A DNA stretch of 64,000 bases, taken from NCBI GenBank assembly GCA_963664405.1, contig OY761158.1, positions 2,752,001 through 2,816,000 of the forward strand, read 5' to 3'. Source of the stretch: Thermoanaerobaculia bacterium. GTDB taxonomy: Bacteria > Acidobacteriota > Thermoanaerobaculia > Multivoradales > Multivoraceae. Positions 1 to 10,256 of the stretch are shown piece after piece. Made by a program: the position numbers and the translations under genes. The notes below the pieces were generated by a model. The model had not been told where the DNA came from. It made no database searches and saw nothing but the letters and a program-made list of their open reading frames with translations. Each line of letters starts with the position of its first letter. Position 1 is the first letter of the stretch.

Positions 1-562
1 CATCGCCGAGCGCCGAGTGCTCGAGAGCAATGGCGAGAATCTCGCGACAGTGTCGCTGCGTCCCCACCTGATCTGGGGTCCAGGTGATCCGCACCTTGTC
101 CCTCGTCTCCTTGACAGAGCCCGCTCCGGCCGCCTACGCCTGCTGGGTGATCGCCCCAACCAGGTGGACTCGGTCTATGTCGATAACGCCGCCGACGCGC
201 ACATCCTGGCGGCCGATCGGCTGGCACCAGGCTCGGCCATCGCAGGCAAGGCGTACTTCATCACCCAGGGCGAGCCCCTCGCACTGGCGGACCTGATCAA
301 CCGCATCCTGGCGGCCGGGGGCTTGGCGCCGGTAGAGCGCAGAATCTCGCCGCGCCTCGCGTACTTCCTTGGCGCGGCGTTGGAGGGCGCTTACGGGCTG
401 CTCGGCATCGACCGCGAGCCCCCGATGACCCGCTTCGTAGCGCGGCAACTCTCGACCGCGCATTGGTTCGACATCTCCGCAGCGCGGCGCGACCTCGGTT
501 ACGCTCCCGCAATCAGCCTCGATGAAGGAATGAAACGGCTCGCTTCCTCGCTCGCCGGGTAG
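1..562 (+). CDS. 3-beta-HSD/NAD-dependent epimerase family, OleD-like (5' partial)
   Basis: LRPHLIWGPGD, DSVYVDNAADAHILA and FDISAARRDLGYAP motifs; open to the window edge. Confidence 0.75.
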   Translation, partial: IAERRVLESNGENLATVSLRPHLIWGPGDPHLVPRLLDRARSGRLRLLGDRPNQVDSVYVDNAADAHILAADRLAPGSAIAGKAYFITQGEPLALADLINRILAAGGLAPVERRISPRLAYFLGAALEGAYGLLGIDREPPMTRFVARQLSTAHWFDISAARRDLGYAPAISLDEGMKRLASSLAG

Positions 563-563
563 A

Positions 564-1259
564 ATGGAGCCGAGACGCCTAGCGGACCCCGGTGGTGTCC
601 AGCTCTGGCTAGTGGAAGACACCGGCACGGCGCTCGCGGACGCCGGGCTCCAGGAGCTTCTCAGCGACGACGAGCGAAAGCGCGCTTCCCGGTTCAAGGT
701 CACATCCGCACACCGCTCCTTCGTCGTTTCGAGAGGTTTCCTTCGCAGGATCCTCGGCGGCGCCCTCGGTTGTCGTCCCGACTCGCTCCGATTCGGCGAG
801 GGAGAGCACGGCAAGCCCTTCCTCACGGGTCCCCACGTGGCAAGCGGGCTGGAGTTCAATGTCACCCACTCCGGCAGCATCTTCCTCTATGCCATGACCA
901 AGGCCAGGAGCGTCGGGGTGGATGTCGAGTTGAAGAAGGAGGGCCTCGAAGTGGAGAAAATGGCTCGGAGGTACTTCGCGCCGGGTGAGGCGCGTCGCCT
1001 CTGCGAGCTGGAGCTTTCCAAAGATCGATTGGACTGCTTCTACCGCTGCTGGACCCGAAAAGAGGCCTACCTGAAGGCGCGAGGCACGGGCCTGACCGCG
1101 AAGCTCGAGGCCTTCGAGGTCACCTTTCTGCCCGGCGTCCCGCCGGCCCTTGTCAACACCGAAGTCGCTGGCGAGGACCCCGCCGCCTGGAGGGTCTTCG
1201 ACGTCCCGGTACCCGACGGCTACGTCGCCGCTCTGGTGGTACGAGGCGTTGGTGCATGA
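564..1259 (+). CDS. 4'-phosphopantetheinyl transferase, Sfp type
   Basis: GKP, FNVTHSG, VGVDVE and WTRKEAYLKA motifs. Confidence 0.92.
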   Translation: MEPRRLADPGGVQLWLVEDTGTALADAGLQELLSDDERKRASRFKVTSAHRSFVVSRGFLRRILGGALGCRPDSLRFGEGEHGKPFLTGPHVASGLEFNVTHSGSIFLYAMTKARSVGVDVELKKEGLEVEKMARRYFAPGEARRLCELELSKDRLDCFYRCWTRKEAYLKARGTGLTAKLEAFEVTFLPGVPPALVNTEVAGEDPAAWRVFDVPVPDGYVAALVVRGVGA

Positions 1260-1770
1260 ATCGACTTCGGCCCCGACGGTTGTCGTTCCTCAAAACTCGT
1301 CCGGCGGCAGAAAGGTGGTTTCGTAGGCACGGAGTTCGGCCGGCAGCCCGGTCTGAGCTCCCCAAAGGACGACGGCAACGGTCGAGATGAAGGACGACTC
1401 GTGGGCAGTGCGCTGCTGGCGGTATCAGTGCCCAGCGAAGCCCCCTTGCCTCCAGAAGGCAGCCTGCGGAGGAGAAGCCGAGACCGAGATCGCGTGTTCA
1501 GGCGGCTTCGCGCCATTCGTATCGGTGATGGAGCCCTCCGACACGAGGCATCGAGACGACCTTCGCGGTCGGCGCCGGGGGCGGTGTCACGGGCCGGCTA
1601 GACGGAGTGTCCTTGCGGAATGGCTCGCGCAGCTGCTGGACCACCCAGTCGGCCGCTCGGGTTGAAGGTGGCGTTGAAGTGAAGGATTCGCGCTCACCCC
1701 TTCGGGTTGATTGTTCGGCTGCGAATCCGTCTCGGCGGCTGCAAGGAGAGCAGAAGAAACAGCAAGTGAT

Positions 1771-1986
1771 CTAAGAGGCGACGACGACGTACTCCGCGAT
1801 CGTCGAGGATTCAGGGACGGGAAGTCCGTCCTCTATCAGGCCGTCGATGTGCATCTTGAGGGCTTCATACATGCTGGCTTCAGCGTCTTCCTGGGAGTCA
1901 CCCGTGGCGACGCAGCCTGGTACATCCGGCGAGTAGGCCGAATAGTTGGTCCCGGCCTTTTCGACGACGATCAGAAAACGATGCAT
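1771..1986 (-). CDS. hicB: HicB-family antitoxin
   Basis: YSAYSPDVPGCVATGDSQEDA...EALKMHIDG; lies downstream of a hicA remnant. Confidence 0.88.
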   Translation of the reverse strand: MHRFLIVVEKAGTNYSAYSPDVPGCVATGDSQEDAEASMYEALKMHIDGLIEDGLPVPESSTIAEYVVVAS

Positions 1987-1997
1987 TCTTTGTTCAC

Positions 1998-2181
1998 CTA
2001 CTTGAGTCGTGCTTGTTTCAAGATGCTGTTCAGTGTGCCGGGGGCCAGATCGTGGCTTGCCCTACCGGCGATCGTGACGCGCCCCGGCTTTTCGGGGTGC
2101 TTGTATTGGCGATGGGCCTTTGGTTGTTACGAGGTACCAGCCGTTCTTCTCTATCATCCGGATAGCATCGCGAACCTTCAC
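1998..2181 (-). pseudogene. hicA: HicA toxin, frameshifted at the G-S-H motif
   Basis: Manual translation: MKVRDAIRMIEKNGWYLVTTKG / HRQYKHPEKPGRVTIAG...GTLNSILKQARLK*; frameshift near 2114 (AAA GGC C CAT). Confidence 0.85.
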
Positions 2182-2694
2182 TACTCCGATTCTAGCCTGG
2201 CGACCGCTCGTTGTATCGGATCTGAAGTCCTATCGGCTTCTTGAGGGCAGCGAACGGAGGGTAAGAAACGGGCTCTTGCCGAGAATCCTCCCGAAAGATT
2301 CCGCAAGATCTCCACGTGGCTGCTTGCTGCTCAAAGGCCCAGTGCGCGAGATCAGTCCGGCGTTCATTGAAGCACGTTTCGAAGTCGCTCGAGCTGCCTG
2401 AGCCATTGGAGCAAATAGTTCCAACTGGCGTAACGTGGGGATACCAGCGTTGCATTGGGTGTCTGAATCGCAGGCAAGTCGCTGAAGCGAGGCGGCGCAC
2501 CCTGATGCCATGCCCACGCGCATGAAGAACCTGCACGACCTCGCAGAAGCGTACGAGGAGATGGTGGAAGAGATGAGGCTCGCCCTCGAGCAAGAGAGAT
2601 TCGAAGCCGAATCAGATGAGCGGCTACACGAGAGTGAGTCGAACCCAACCGACTCAAGGGCATCTATCTTGACAGGGTAGGGGAGAGGGGTAAG

Positions 2695-2925
2695 GTGGAG
2701 AGCATGACGAAAACCGAGGTACAAAAGGAGTTGGAGCGTCTTCCTCTTGACGAACAGATCGAGCTCGCGGGCGAGGTGATGGAGCGAGCTGCCCCAGAAG
2801 AAGGCTTCACGTTGAGCGATGAGCTCAAGCAAGAGCTCGTGGCGCGACGCGACGAAGCGATCGCACATCCGGAGAGAGGCATTCCCTATGAGGAGGTGCG
2901 CGAAAGACTCTTCAAGGGTCTATGA
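2695..2925 (+). CDS. Putative addiction-module antitoxin component
   Basis: LPLDEQIELA...LSDELKQELVARR...GIPYEEVRERL pattern; only an ~11-codon ORF follows where a toxin is expected. Confidence 0.7.
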   Translation: MESMTKTEVQKELERLPLDEQIELAGEVMERAAPEEGFTLSDELKQELVARRDEAIAHPERGIPYEEVRERLFKGL

Positions 2926-3040
2926 AGGTTCCCTTTGGTGCTCGGAGTCGTACATGACGCGCGTCATCCACGAAGTTGGCGGGACCGTCGCTAGATAGAT
3001 ACGCGCGTATCCGAGTGTCTCGGTGAAGGGCGGGAAGCGT

Positions 3041-3655
3041 TCACTTGGTGGTTTCCGTCCGACATTCCCGGAGATAGTTGGTGACGGTCTGACGATTGAC
3101 ACCGAGCTCCCGAGCGATCGCGCGTTTCGACTTGCCGGATGCAGCGAGATCGCGGATCTGTTTCTGTTTGGCTTCCGGGATCCGAGGTCGGGAGATCTGT
3201 TTGCCTTGCGCACGAGCTCGGGCCATACCGGCACGCACGTTCTCTGAGATCTGCTCGCGCTCGAGCTCCGCAAAGCCAGCGATCACCGTGAAGAAGAATC
3301 TTCCCTGGGGTGTCGTGGTGTCGATGTTCTCGGAGTAGGAGATGAAGTCGACATCGAGGGCGCGAAACTCCTCGAGTGAGTTGATGAGCTCCCGAGTCGA
3401 GCGAGCGAAGCGGTTGTAGCGATAGACGAGAACAACGTCGACCTGGCGCTTGCGCACGCGGTCGAGAAGTTCCTGGTACTTCTCGCGATCCGTCGTTCCA
3501 CCACTGGCATGGTCAACAAACTCGTCGGCGACACTCCAGCCGTCGTGGTGACGTACGAGATCTCGAAGCACCCGAAGCTGTGTCTCTGGGTCTTGGTTCT
3601 TGTCGATGGTCGAGACCCTGGCGTAGATCGCGACACGTTTGGTGGATGAGGGCAT
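3041..3655 (-). CDS. Serine recombinase (resolvase/invertase) with C-terminal HTH
   Basis: YARVST catalytic motif, RFARS, FAELEREQISE, HTH SKRAIARELGVNRQTV. Confidence 0.93.
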   Translation of the reverse strand: MPSSTKRVAIYARVSTIDKNQDPETQLRVLRDLVRHHDGWSVADEFVDHASGGTTDREKYQELLDRVRKRQVDVVLVYRYNRFARSTRELINSLEEFRALDVDFISYSENIDTTTPQGRFFFTVIAGFAELEREQISENVRAGMARARAQGKQISRPRIPEAKQKQIRDLAASGKSKRAIARELGVNRQTVTNYLRECRTETTK

Positions 3656-3738
3656 AGATGGGGTGGCTAAAAAGGGTAGTCAGATTAGAGCCTCGAAAAC
3701 CCCTATTCCATAAGGGTCAAGAGGGGAGCTCAAGGCAG

Positions 3739-3926
3739 TGCTAAAAAGGACTTCCTATTTAGCCACCATAGCAACGCCTCGCAAGAATGCAAGCGGGGAA
3801 GCCGGTGGCGTCTTCTGCCTTGGAAGGTGCAACTCTGGCACCTTCCGTCTGTGGACAACTCCCCGTGGTTGCTGGTTTTCGCCTCGATGGGGGAGGGAGT
3901 GTTGGCACACTTCGTGGCGGAAGGTG
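3739..3926 (+). repeat. Direct repeat copy 1 (pairs with 6866..7035), palindrome-rich, possible res/recombination site
   Basis: ~120 bp near-identical core plus GCTAAAAA..TTTAGC and GGAAGGTGC..GCACCTTCC inverted repeats. Confidence 0.85.
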
Positions 3927-4021
3927 CCAGGACAGGGGAGACTTGCTTTTTGTTGCGCTCTCGGAAGCGGGGGTTGCGCCACCCGCTTGGCGCGCCTTGG
4001 CGGTAGACTCTCCTCCACATC

Positions 4022-6697
4022 ATGGCGCTAGAAGCTGGCACTCGCCTCGGCCACTACGAAGTGGTCTCCTCGCTAGGTGCGGGAGGCATGGGAGAAGTGT
4101 ATCGAGCCAAGGACACGAAGCTCGGTCGCGAGGTAGCGGTCAAACTCCTGCTCGACGAGGTCTCCACAGATCCTGAGCGTCTAGCTCGCTTCGAGCGCGA
4201 GGCGCGGGTTCTGGCCTCGCTCAACCACAAGAACATCGCCAGCCTCCACGCCTTCGAGCGGGAGGGTGACACGGGCTTCCTGGTCATGGAACTGGTCGAG
4301 GGCGAGACTCTGGCCGATCGGATTGCTCACGGCCCAATCCCCGTCGAGGAGGCGATCCCGCTCTTTCTCCAAATCGCCGAGGGCCTGGAGGCAGCGCACG
4401 AGAAGGGAGTGATCCACCGGGATCTCAAACCCGCGAACATCAAGGTCACCGACGACGGGAACGTCAAGATTCTTGACTTCGGTCTGGCCAAGGCAATGGC
4501 TCCGGCAACGGGCCCGGAGAGCGACCCTTCGGAGTCGCCCACGCTGACCCAGGCGGCCACGCTCCGGGGCCAGATTCTCGGCACGGCGGCCTACATGTCG
4601 CCCGAGCAAGCCAAGGGGAAAGAGGTCGATAGAAGGGCCGACGTCTGGGCCTTCGGCGTGTGTCTCTACGAGTCGCTGACGGGATCGAGGGCGTTCCGCG
4701 GCGACGATGCCGCCGACACGCTGGCAGCGGTACTCAGAGCGGAGATCGACTGGGGCAAGCTCCCCCCGGCGACGCCGAGAGCGATCAGGAGACTGCTCCG
4801 ACGGTGTTTGACGAAGGACCCGCGGGAGCGCCTTCACGACATCGCCGACGTCCGGATCGAGATCCGAGGAGTGCTCGAGCAGCCGGACATCGACGCGCCA
4901 GCCGGTGGCGAGACGGCGCCTGCCAAGCGTCAGGTATCGGCGGTCTTTGCCGGAGCACTCGCCCTCCTAACTCTGGCGGCCGGTCTCGTCCTCGGCTTCG
5001 TCCTGCCCCGGAGCGGAGGCGATGCGGCGAGCGACGCTGCCTCCGACGACACCTGGACGGTCACGGCTCTCGACCTCGTCGAGGCAGCTCCGGGTCAGCG
5101 CTTCCGGCTCTCTCCGGACGGTCGGATGGTGGTTTTCCGTCGTCGCGAGGGAGCCAACAGCAGCCTCTACCGGCGCTCTCTCGACTCCCTGGTCGCCGAG
5201 CGCATCTCCGGCAGTGACGGTGCCCGCAGGCCGATCTTCTCGCCCGACGGCAAACAGCTTGCCTTCGTGGACGCCGGGGGCAGTCTGAAGACGCTTCGCG
5301 TGGAGGGTGGAGGCGCCAGCGCTCTGGTGGAAGGGATCCGCAGGGCCGGTGTCTGGGGGCGCGATGGCTTCCTCTACTACACGCTTGGCCAAGGCAGGAC
5401 CACGTCTCTCGAGCTATGGCGGATTCCGGCGGGTGGGGGTGTCTCCGAGCAGGTGGGACATGGCTACGGGGGAGCGCTTCTGCCGGGTGAGCGGGTCGCC
5501 CTGGCCCACTTGAGATCCGAGCGTCCGGACGGCTTCTGGAGCGATGTTCGGGCGGTGGACCTCGAGACCGGCCAGGAACGGGTTCTCCTCCCTGGGGCGC
5601 AGCCGTTCTATCTCGATCCGGGTTTTTTGGTCTTCTATCGCGAAGGCGGACTGTGGGCGGCGCCAATCGATCCCGAGACCGGCGACCTCCTCGGTCCGGC
5701 GCGTCAGGTCGAGAACGGGGTGGCTCCGTTCCCCGGCATTGGCATCGATGTCGGCCGCTTCGCGCTCGCAGATTCGGGCGACCTGCTCTACGTTCCCGGG
5801 AGTCGGAGCGTGTCCCGGCTGGTTTGGGTGAGTCGGGACGGCCGGGACATCGAGGAGGTGGCGCCGGAGCGCAAGCCTTTCGGGGCGCCGCGACACTCCC
5901 TGGACTGGCTCCGGATCTCGGTCAGCGCCCGCGACGCCAAGGGGAACTCCGAGCAGTGGATGCTCGACCTCGAGACCGGCTCCTGGACCCGCCCGACCCA
6001 GGAGGGGAATCGCAACGCTGAGGCGATGTGGGTGCCCCCCGACGGCCAGGAGATCGCCTTCTTCTCGGATCGCTTCGAGGGGCGCTGGCAGATCTACATC
6101 CAGCCCGCCGATCGCGGGGCCCCGGCGGAGCGTCTCTTACCGTCGGAGCACAACCAGGGCGTGCTCGGCTTCTCCCCGAACGGGCGCTACATGCTCTACA
6201 CGAACTTCGATTTCCCCGGACTCTGGGCCTTCGACCGGGAGAGCGGAGAGTCCGAGACCCTCCTCGAGGGGAACGTGGTCGGCGCTGCTCGCTTCCACCC
6301 CGCCGGACGTTGGATCGCCTACTCGATGGTCGTTCAGGGACAGGGGGACGTCTGGATTCGGCCCTTCCCCGGTCCCGGCGAGCCGCGCCAGCTCACCTTC
6401 GACGGCGGCCAGGAGCCCGATTTCTCCCCCGAAGGCAGCGAGATCCTCTACCGCAGCCCGACCCACATGATGACGCTCCCGATCGAGATCTCCGGCGAGC
6501 GCTTCGTCACCCGGCGTCCCGAGCCACTCTTCGTGGATGATTACCTGCGCACACCCACGAGGCGCCAGACCTACGCCATCCACCCCGACGGTCGCTTCCT
6601 CATGATCCAGGCGACAGAGGCCGAGGAGGAGCGTCTAGTCTTGGTCCAGAACTGGCGGGCCAAGGTGCTCGAGATGTTCTCCGAGGGGGGCTCGTGA
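4022..6697 (+). CDS. Hanks-type Ser/Thr kinase with TM helix and TolB/PD40 beta-propeller
   Basis: GAGGMGEVY, VAVK, HRDLKPAN, DFG, YMSPEQ; FSPDG repeats. Confidence 0.95.
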   Translation: MALEAGTRLGHYEVVSSLGAGGMGEVYRAKDTKLGREVAVKLLLDEVSTDPERLARFEREARVLASLNHKNIASLHAFEREGDTGFLVMELVEGETLADRIAHGPIPVEEAIPLFLQIAEGLEAAHEKGVIHRDLKPANIKVTDDGNVKILDFGLAKAMAPATGPESDPSESPTLTQAATLRGQILGTAAYMSPEQAKGKEVDRRADVWAFGVCLYESLTGSRAFRGDDAADTLAAVLRAEIDWGKLPPATPRAIRRLLRRCLTKDPRERLHDIADVRIEIRGVLEQPDIDAPAGGETAPAKRQVSAVFAGALALLTLAAGLVLGFVLPRSGGDAASDAASDDTWTVTALDLVEAAPGQRFRLSPDGRMVVFRRREGANSSLYRRSLDSLVAERISGSDGARRPIFSPDGKQLAFVDAGGSLKTLRVEGGGASALVEGIRRAGVWGRDGFLYYTLGQGRTTSLELWRIPAGGGVSEQVGHGYGGALLPGERVALAHLRSERPDGFWSDVRAVDLETGQERVLLPGAQPFYLDPGFLVFYREGGLWAAPIDPETGDLLGPARQVENGVAPFPGIGIDVGRFALADSGDLLYVPGSRSVSRLVWVSRDGRDIEEVAPERKPFGAPRHSLDWLRISVSARDAKGNSEQWMLDLETGSWTRPTQEGNRNAEAMWVPPDGQEIAFFSDRFEGRWQIYIQPADRGAPAERLLPSEHNQGVLGFSPNGRYMLYTNFDFPGLWAFDRESGESETLLEGNVVGAARFHPAGRWIAYSMVVQGQGDVWIRPFPGPGEPRQLTFDGGQEPDFSPEGSEILYRSPTHMMTLPIEISGERFVTRRPEPLFVDDYLRTPTRRQTYAIHPDGRFLMIQATEAEEERLVLVQNWRAKVLEMFSEGGS

Positions 6698-6865
6698 GCG
6701 AGAGCCTGTCGCCCCTAGAAGCGCTCTACGATATATATAGCGAAAGCGAATAAGCACCGGTACCGCTGAGCTGCACCTTTTCTAGTGGAAGGTGCAGCGG
6801 GCAAGATCGACCAGTGTCGCGAGCCCGAGCGCGACCGTCTCCTAGTCGCGCACCTAGATGGCACA

Positions 6866-7035
6866 TGCTAAAAATGATCTCCTATTTAGCACCCACATAG
6901 CGACGTCTCGCTGTGGCGTCTTCTACCTTGGAAGGTGCAACTCTGGCACCTTCCGTCTGTGGACAACTCCCCGTGGTTGCTGGTTTTCGCCTCGAATAGG
7001 GGAGGGAGTGTTGGCACGCTTCGTGGCGGAAGGTG
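6866..7035 (+). repeat. Direct repeat copy 2
   Basis: Matches 3739..3926 with an ~20 bp indel. Confidence 0.85.
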
Positions 7036-7146
7036 ATACGGCCTCGGCGCAACTCTGCAGCGTCTAGCCCCTACCGAGACTCTCGAAAGTACCTCCCGGT
7101 CCAGGACTACGTTATCCTGCTTGGTTTTAGACAAAGGAGACTAGGA

Positions 7147-9489
7147 ATGTCGAGAGTTCAACGATTCAGTTCGCTCTGCCTCGTCGTCGGCGTGGCCCTC
7201 ATCGCCATCGCCTGCCAGCCGGCAACCGACTCTCCATCGGGAGAAGTCCCTGACCCGCGCATGGCCGGCTTCGAAGGAAAGATCGCCCGCTCGTACGAGG
7301 AGTCCGTCGAGGACTGGCCCGACGAGTCGACCTTCACGGGTGAAGAGCCCAACGTCCTGCTCATCCTGCTTGACGATGTGGGCTACGCTCAGATCGGAGC
7401 CTTCGGCGGCCTGACCGAGACGCCGAACATCGATGCCCTGGCGAACAACGGCCTGCGGTACAACAATTTCCATACGACTGCGCTCTGCTCGCCCTCGCGA
7501 GCCGCCATTCTGGCCGGCCGCAACCACCACTCGATCGGCCTCGGCTCTCACGCGCTGACTGCGATGGGGTTCCCCGGCTACGTCGGCAGAGTTCCGTACG
7601 AGGCACAGGAAGTGACGCGCGTCGCTCGGGAGCAGGGTTGGACGACCTATGCTATTGGCAAGTGGGACCACACTCCCACTTTCCAGGTCCATCAGGTCGG
7701 TCCCTTCGATTACTGGCCGACGAGCGACGGCTTCGATCACACCTACAACTTCATGGCGGCCGACGCCAACAACTTCACGCCTGTGATGTACGCGGGCCAC
7801 GAGCCGGTGGAGCCGGCGCGCGGCAATCCCGACTACCACCTCTCGACCGACATGGCTGACAAGGCGATTCACTATCTGACCGGCCACGTCTCCATCGCGC
7901 CCAAGAAGCCGTTCTTCATGTTCTGGGCTCCCGGCGCCATGCACGCCCCCCACCACGCGCCGCAGGAATACATCGACAAGTACAGGGGCCGGTTCGACAT
8001 GGGGTGGGATGCGGCTCGCCAAATGGTTTTCGAGAAGCAACAGGAGATGGGCCTATTGCCCGAGGGCACGGTTCTGACCGAGCGGCTCGACGCCATTCCG
8101 TCCTGGGACAGCCTGGACGACCGGGAGAAGCAGATGTACGCCCGCCAGATGGAGGCCTTCGCCGGTCAGCTCGATCACGTCGATCACGAGATCGGCCGCA
8201 TCATCGACACGCTTGAGCGAATCGGCAAGCTCGACAACACGCTCATCTTCGTCACGTCGGACAACGGTGCGAGCGGCGAGGGCGGTCTTTCGGGCAGCCA
8301 TAACGAGGTGCTGCTCCTCAACGGGATCCCGAGAACCGACTTCGAAGAGAACTGGGAGCGCTACGAGACGTGGGGGTCCGAAGAGACCAACAACCACTAC
8401 CACGTTGGCTGGACCTGGGCCGGCAACACGCCGTTCAAGTACTTCAAGCAGCACGTGCACCGCGGTGGCACACAGGACCCGCTAATCGTGCACTGGCCGG
8501 CCGGGATCGAAGCAAAAGGCGAGATCCGCGGTCAGTACGCCCACATCATCGACCTCGCGCCGACCATCGAAGAGGCGCTGGATCTCGACTTTCTGGAGGA
8601 GATCGACGGCATCGAGCAGATGCCCTACGACGGCACCAGCTTCGCTTACTCCTTCAACGATGCTGACGCGCCCGATCAACACACGCGGCAATACTACGAA
8701 CAGTTAGGCAACCGAGCGATGTATCTCGACGGGTGGAAGGCCGTCACCATCCACGCCGACCGGATGCCGTGGGATCTCGCCGCAAGGCGTCCGTTCGAAG
8801 ACGACGTTTGGGAGCTCTACCACCTGGACGAGGACTTCTCGGAGGCCAACGACCTCGCCGACGAGCAACCCGACAAGCTCGAGGAGCTGAAGGCGGCGTG
8901 GGACGAGGAAGCCATCGAGTACAACGTCTACCCGCTCCACGACGACGTCCTAGCCCGGCTTACCAACGTGGTGAAGCAGTTCGCCCCGATTCGGAACGAG
9001 TATGTGTACTACGCGCCCGGCGCCATCCGGATCTCGGAGCCCTACTCGCCCCCGGTGAAGAATCGCAACCACAGCATTACCGCGTATGCTGATCTTTCGG
9101 AAGGCGCAAGCGGCGTGCTCGTCGCGGCCGGCGGCATCTACGGCGGGTACGCGCTCTTCGTCAAAGACGACCTGCTTTTCTACGAGTACAACGCCTACAA
9201 CGAAGATCGCTACCAGATCCGCTCGCACTCGAGGCTCCCGGCAGGGGAGGTCGAGCTACGAGCCGTCTATGAAGCCGGTGAGAACCTTACTGCGACGGTA
9301 ACGCTCTTCGTCAACGACGAGCAGGTCGGGCAAGGCGAGATCGGCCGCTCCATCCCGGGGACCTTCTCGTTGTCCGAAACGTTCGACGTGGGAGAAGACA
9401 CCGGTACGCCCGTTTCGAGGGACTACGACCGCGAGGAAAGCGTCTTTAGCGGAAACCTCGACAGGGTCGTAATCCGGCTGGAGGGCTGA
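7147..9489 (+). CDS. Arylsulfatase (Cys-type), probable lipoprotein
   Basis: NVLLILLDDVG, CSPSRAAILAGR, GKWD, SDNG; LIAIAC lipobox; AAGGAG RBS before ATG at 7147. Confidence 0.92.
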   Translation: MSRVQRFSSLCLVVGVALIAIACQPATDSPSGEVPDPRMAGFEGKIARSYEESVEDWPDESTFTGEEPNVLLILLDDVGYAQIGAFGGLTETPNIDALANNGLRYNNFHTTALCSPSRAAILAGRNHHSIGLGSHALTAMGFPGYVGRVPYEAQEVTRVAREQGWTTYAIGKWDHTPTFQVHQVGPFDYWPTSDGFDHTYNFMAADANNFTPVMYAGHEPVEPARGNPDYHLSTDMADKAIHYLTGHVSIAPKKPFFMFWAPGAMHAPHHAPQEYIDKYRGRFDMGWDAARQMVFEKQQEMGLLPEGTVLTERLDAIPSWDSLDDREKQMYARQMEAFAGQLDHVDHEIGRIIDTLERIGKLDNTLIFVTSDNGASGEGGLSGSHNEVLLLNGIPRTDFEENWERYETWGSEETNNHYHVGWTWAGNTPFKYFKQHVHRGGTQDPLIVHWPAGIEAKGEIRGQYAHIIDLAPTIEEALDLDFLEEIDGIEQMPYDGTSFAYSFNDADAPDQHTRQYYEQLGNRAMYLDGWKAVTIHADRMPWDLAARRPFEDDVWELYHLDEDFSEANDLADEQPDKLEELKAAWDEEAIEYNVYPLHDDVLARLTNVVKQFAPIRNEYVYYAPGAIRISEPYSPPVKNRNHSITAYADLSEGASGVLVAAGGIYGGYALFVKDDLLFYEYNAYNEDRYQIRSHSRLPAGEVELRAVYEAGENLTATVTLFVNDEQVGQGEIGRSIPGTFSLSETFDVGEDTGTPVSRDYDREESVFSGNLDRVVIRLEG

Positions 9490-9577
9490 ATCGAGATCTG
9501 GTGGCAAGAGGTGGACGGTCCTCGGCCTCTGCATGTGTCGCCCTTCATAGCGAAAGTCGACACGGATAGCCCAAATC

Positions 9578-9955
9578 GGACCAGCGGGGGCATTTGAACG
9601 AAAACTTACGGTTCTGCGTTCTTCGCCTATCGTGTTCGTTATCTGGCTTCAAGAAGAGCGTGTTGGGCTAGTGTAGTCCGACCTTGAAACCGCACCCGAG
9701 CCCTCTGGCTCCTGAGTATCAGGCGCTACGTGTCCCGGTCACCGCTAGGACTGCTCTGAACACTCCAGGGGGTGATCGGCATGAGTGAAAACCCTCCTCC
9801 TCCGGAACGCTTTCTCTCGGGCCGCCAGCGACGCCACTCGGTTGCACTACCCGAGCGCCTTTCCGATGACGAGCTTGTCCGAGATTGGTCGTTGACTGGG
9901 AACGAACTCGAGCGACCGGAACCGTAAGTTTTCGTTCAAATGCCCCCGCTGGTCC
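9578..9955 (+). mobile_element. Internally deleted Tn3-family element (mini-Tn3)
   Basis: Perfect 37 bp inverted repeats at 9578-9614 and 9919-9955 containing GAACGAAAACTTACG; ORF from 9781 (FLSGRQR...LPERLSDDELVRDWSLT) resembles a Tn3 transposase N-terminus. Confidence 0.8.
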
Positions 9956-10019
9956 TAATAGTGGTCGTGGTCTTTCCAACGCCTCCTTTTTGATTGACGA
10001 TGGCGATGGTGGTGGTCAT
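9956..10019 (-). pseudogene. parA: ParA/Soj N-terminal stub truncated by the Tn3 end
   Basis: MTTTIAIVNQKGGVGKTTT deviant Walker A, ending at the inverted repeat. Confidence 0.85.
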
Positions 10020-10256
10020 GGGGGTTTTTTGTAGGTGCGCGTTGTGCGACGAGAGACTCTGAAGACGACGACCGTCGTCTGATCGTAGTCGACGCCGAAG
10101 AGGATGCGCCACGACCCGACTCGCCGGCGAAATTCGAGGCGCGGTGATCGCCCCTTGAGTCGAACGACGTCTCCACTGAAAGGATCGGTGGCCTCTGGTA
10201 GGGAGGCGTCGGATGTCTCTGACGGCGGCCTTATTTGTGACTACCTGCCATCTCAT
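10016..10256 (-). pseudogene. RelE/ParE-family toxin with internal deletion and frameshift
   Basis: MRWQVVTNKAAVRDIRRLP / ATDPFSGDVVRLKG...FRRRVGSWRILFGVD...VFRVSRR in two frames. Confidence 0.8.

Noticed and set aside
1260-1770. Gene or ncRNA in this spacer (GGATTCGC..GCGAATCC hairpin near 1685-1728)
   Set aside because: No recognisable motif or second copy; insufficient support.
3850-3858. DnaA box or origin (TGTGGACAA)
   Set aside because: One box per repeat, no cluster or AT-rich unwinding region.
3739-7035. Integron attC sites
   Set aside because: No tyrosine integrase and no convincing RYYYAAC..GTTRRRY boxes; the repeats lie upstream of genes.
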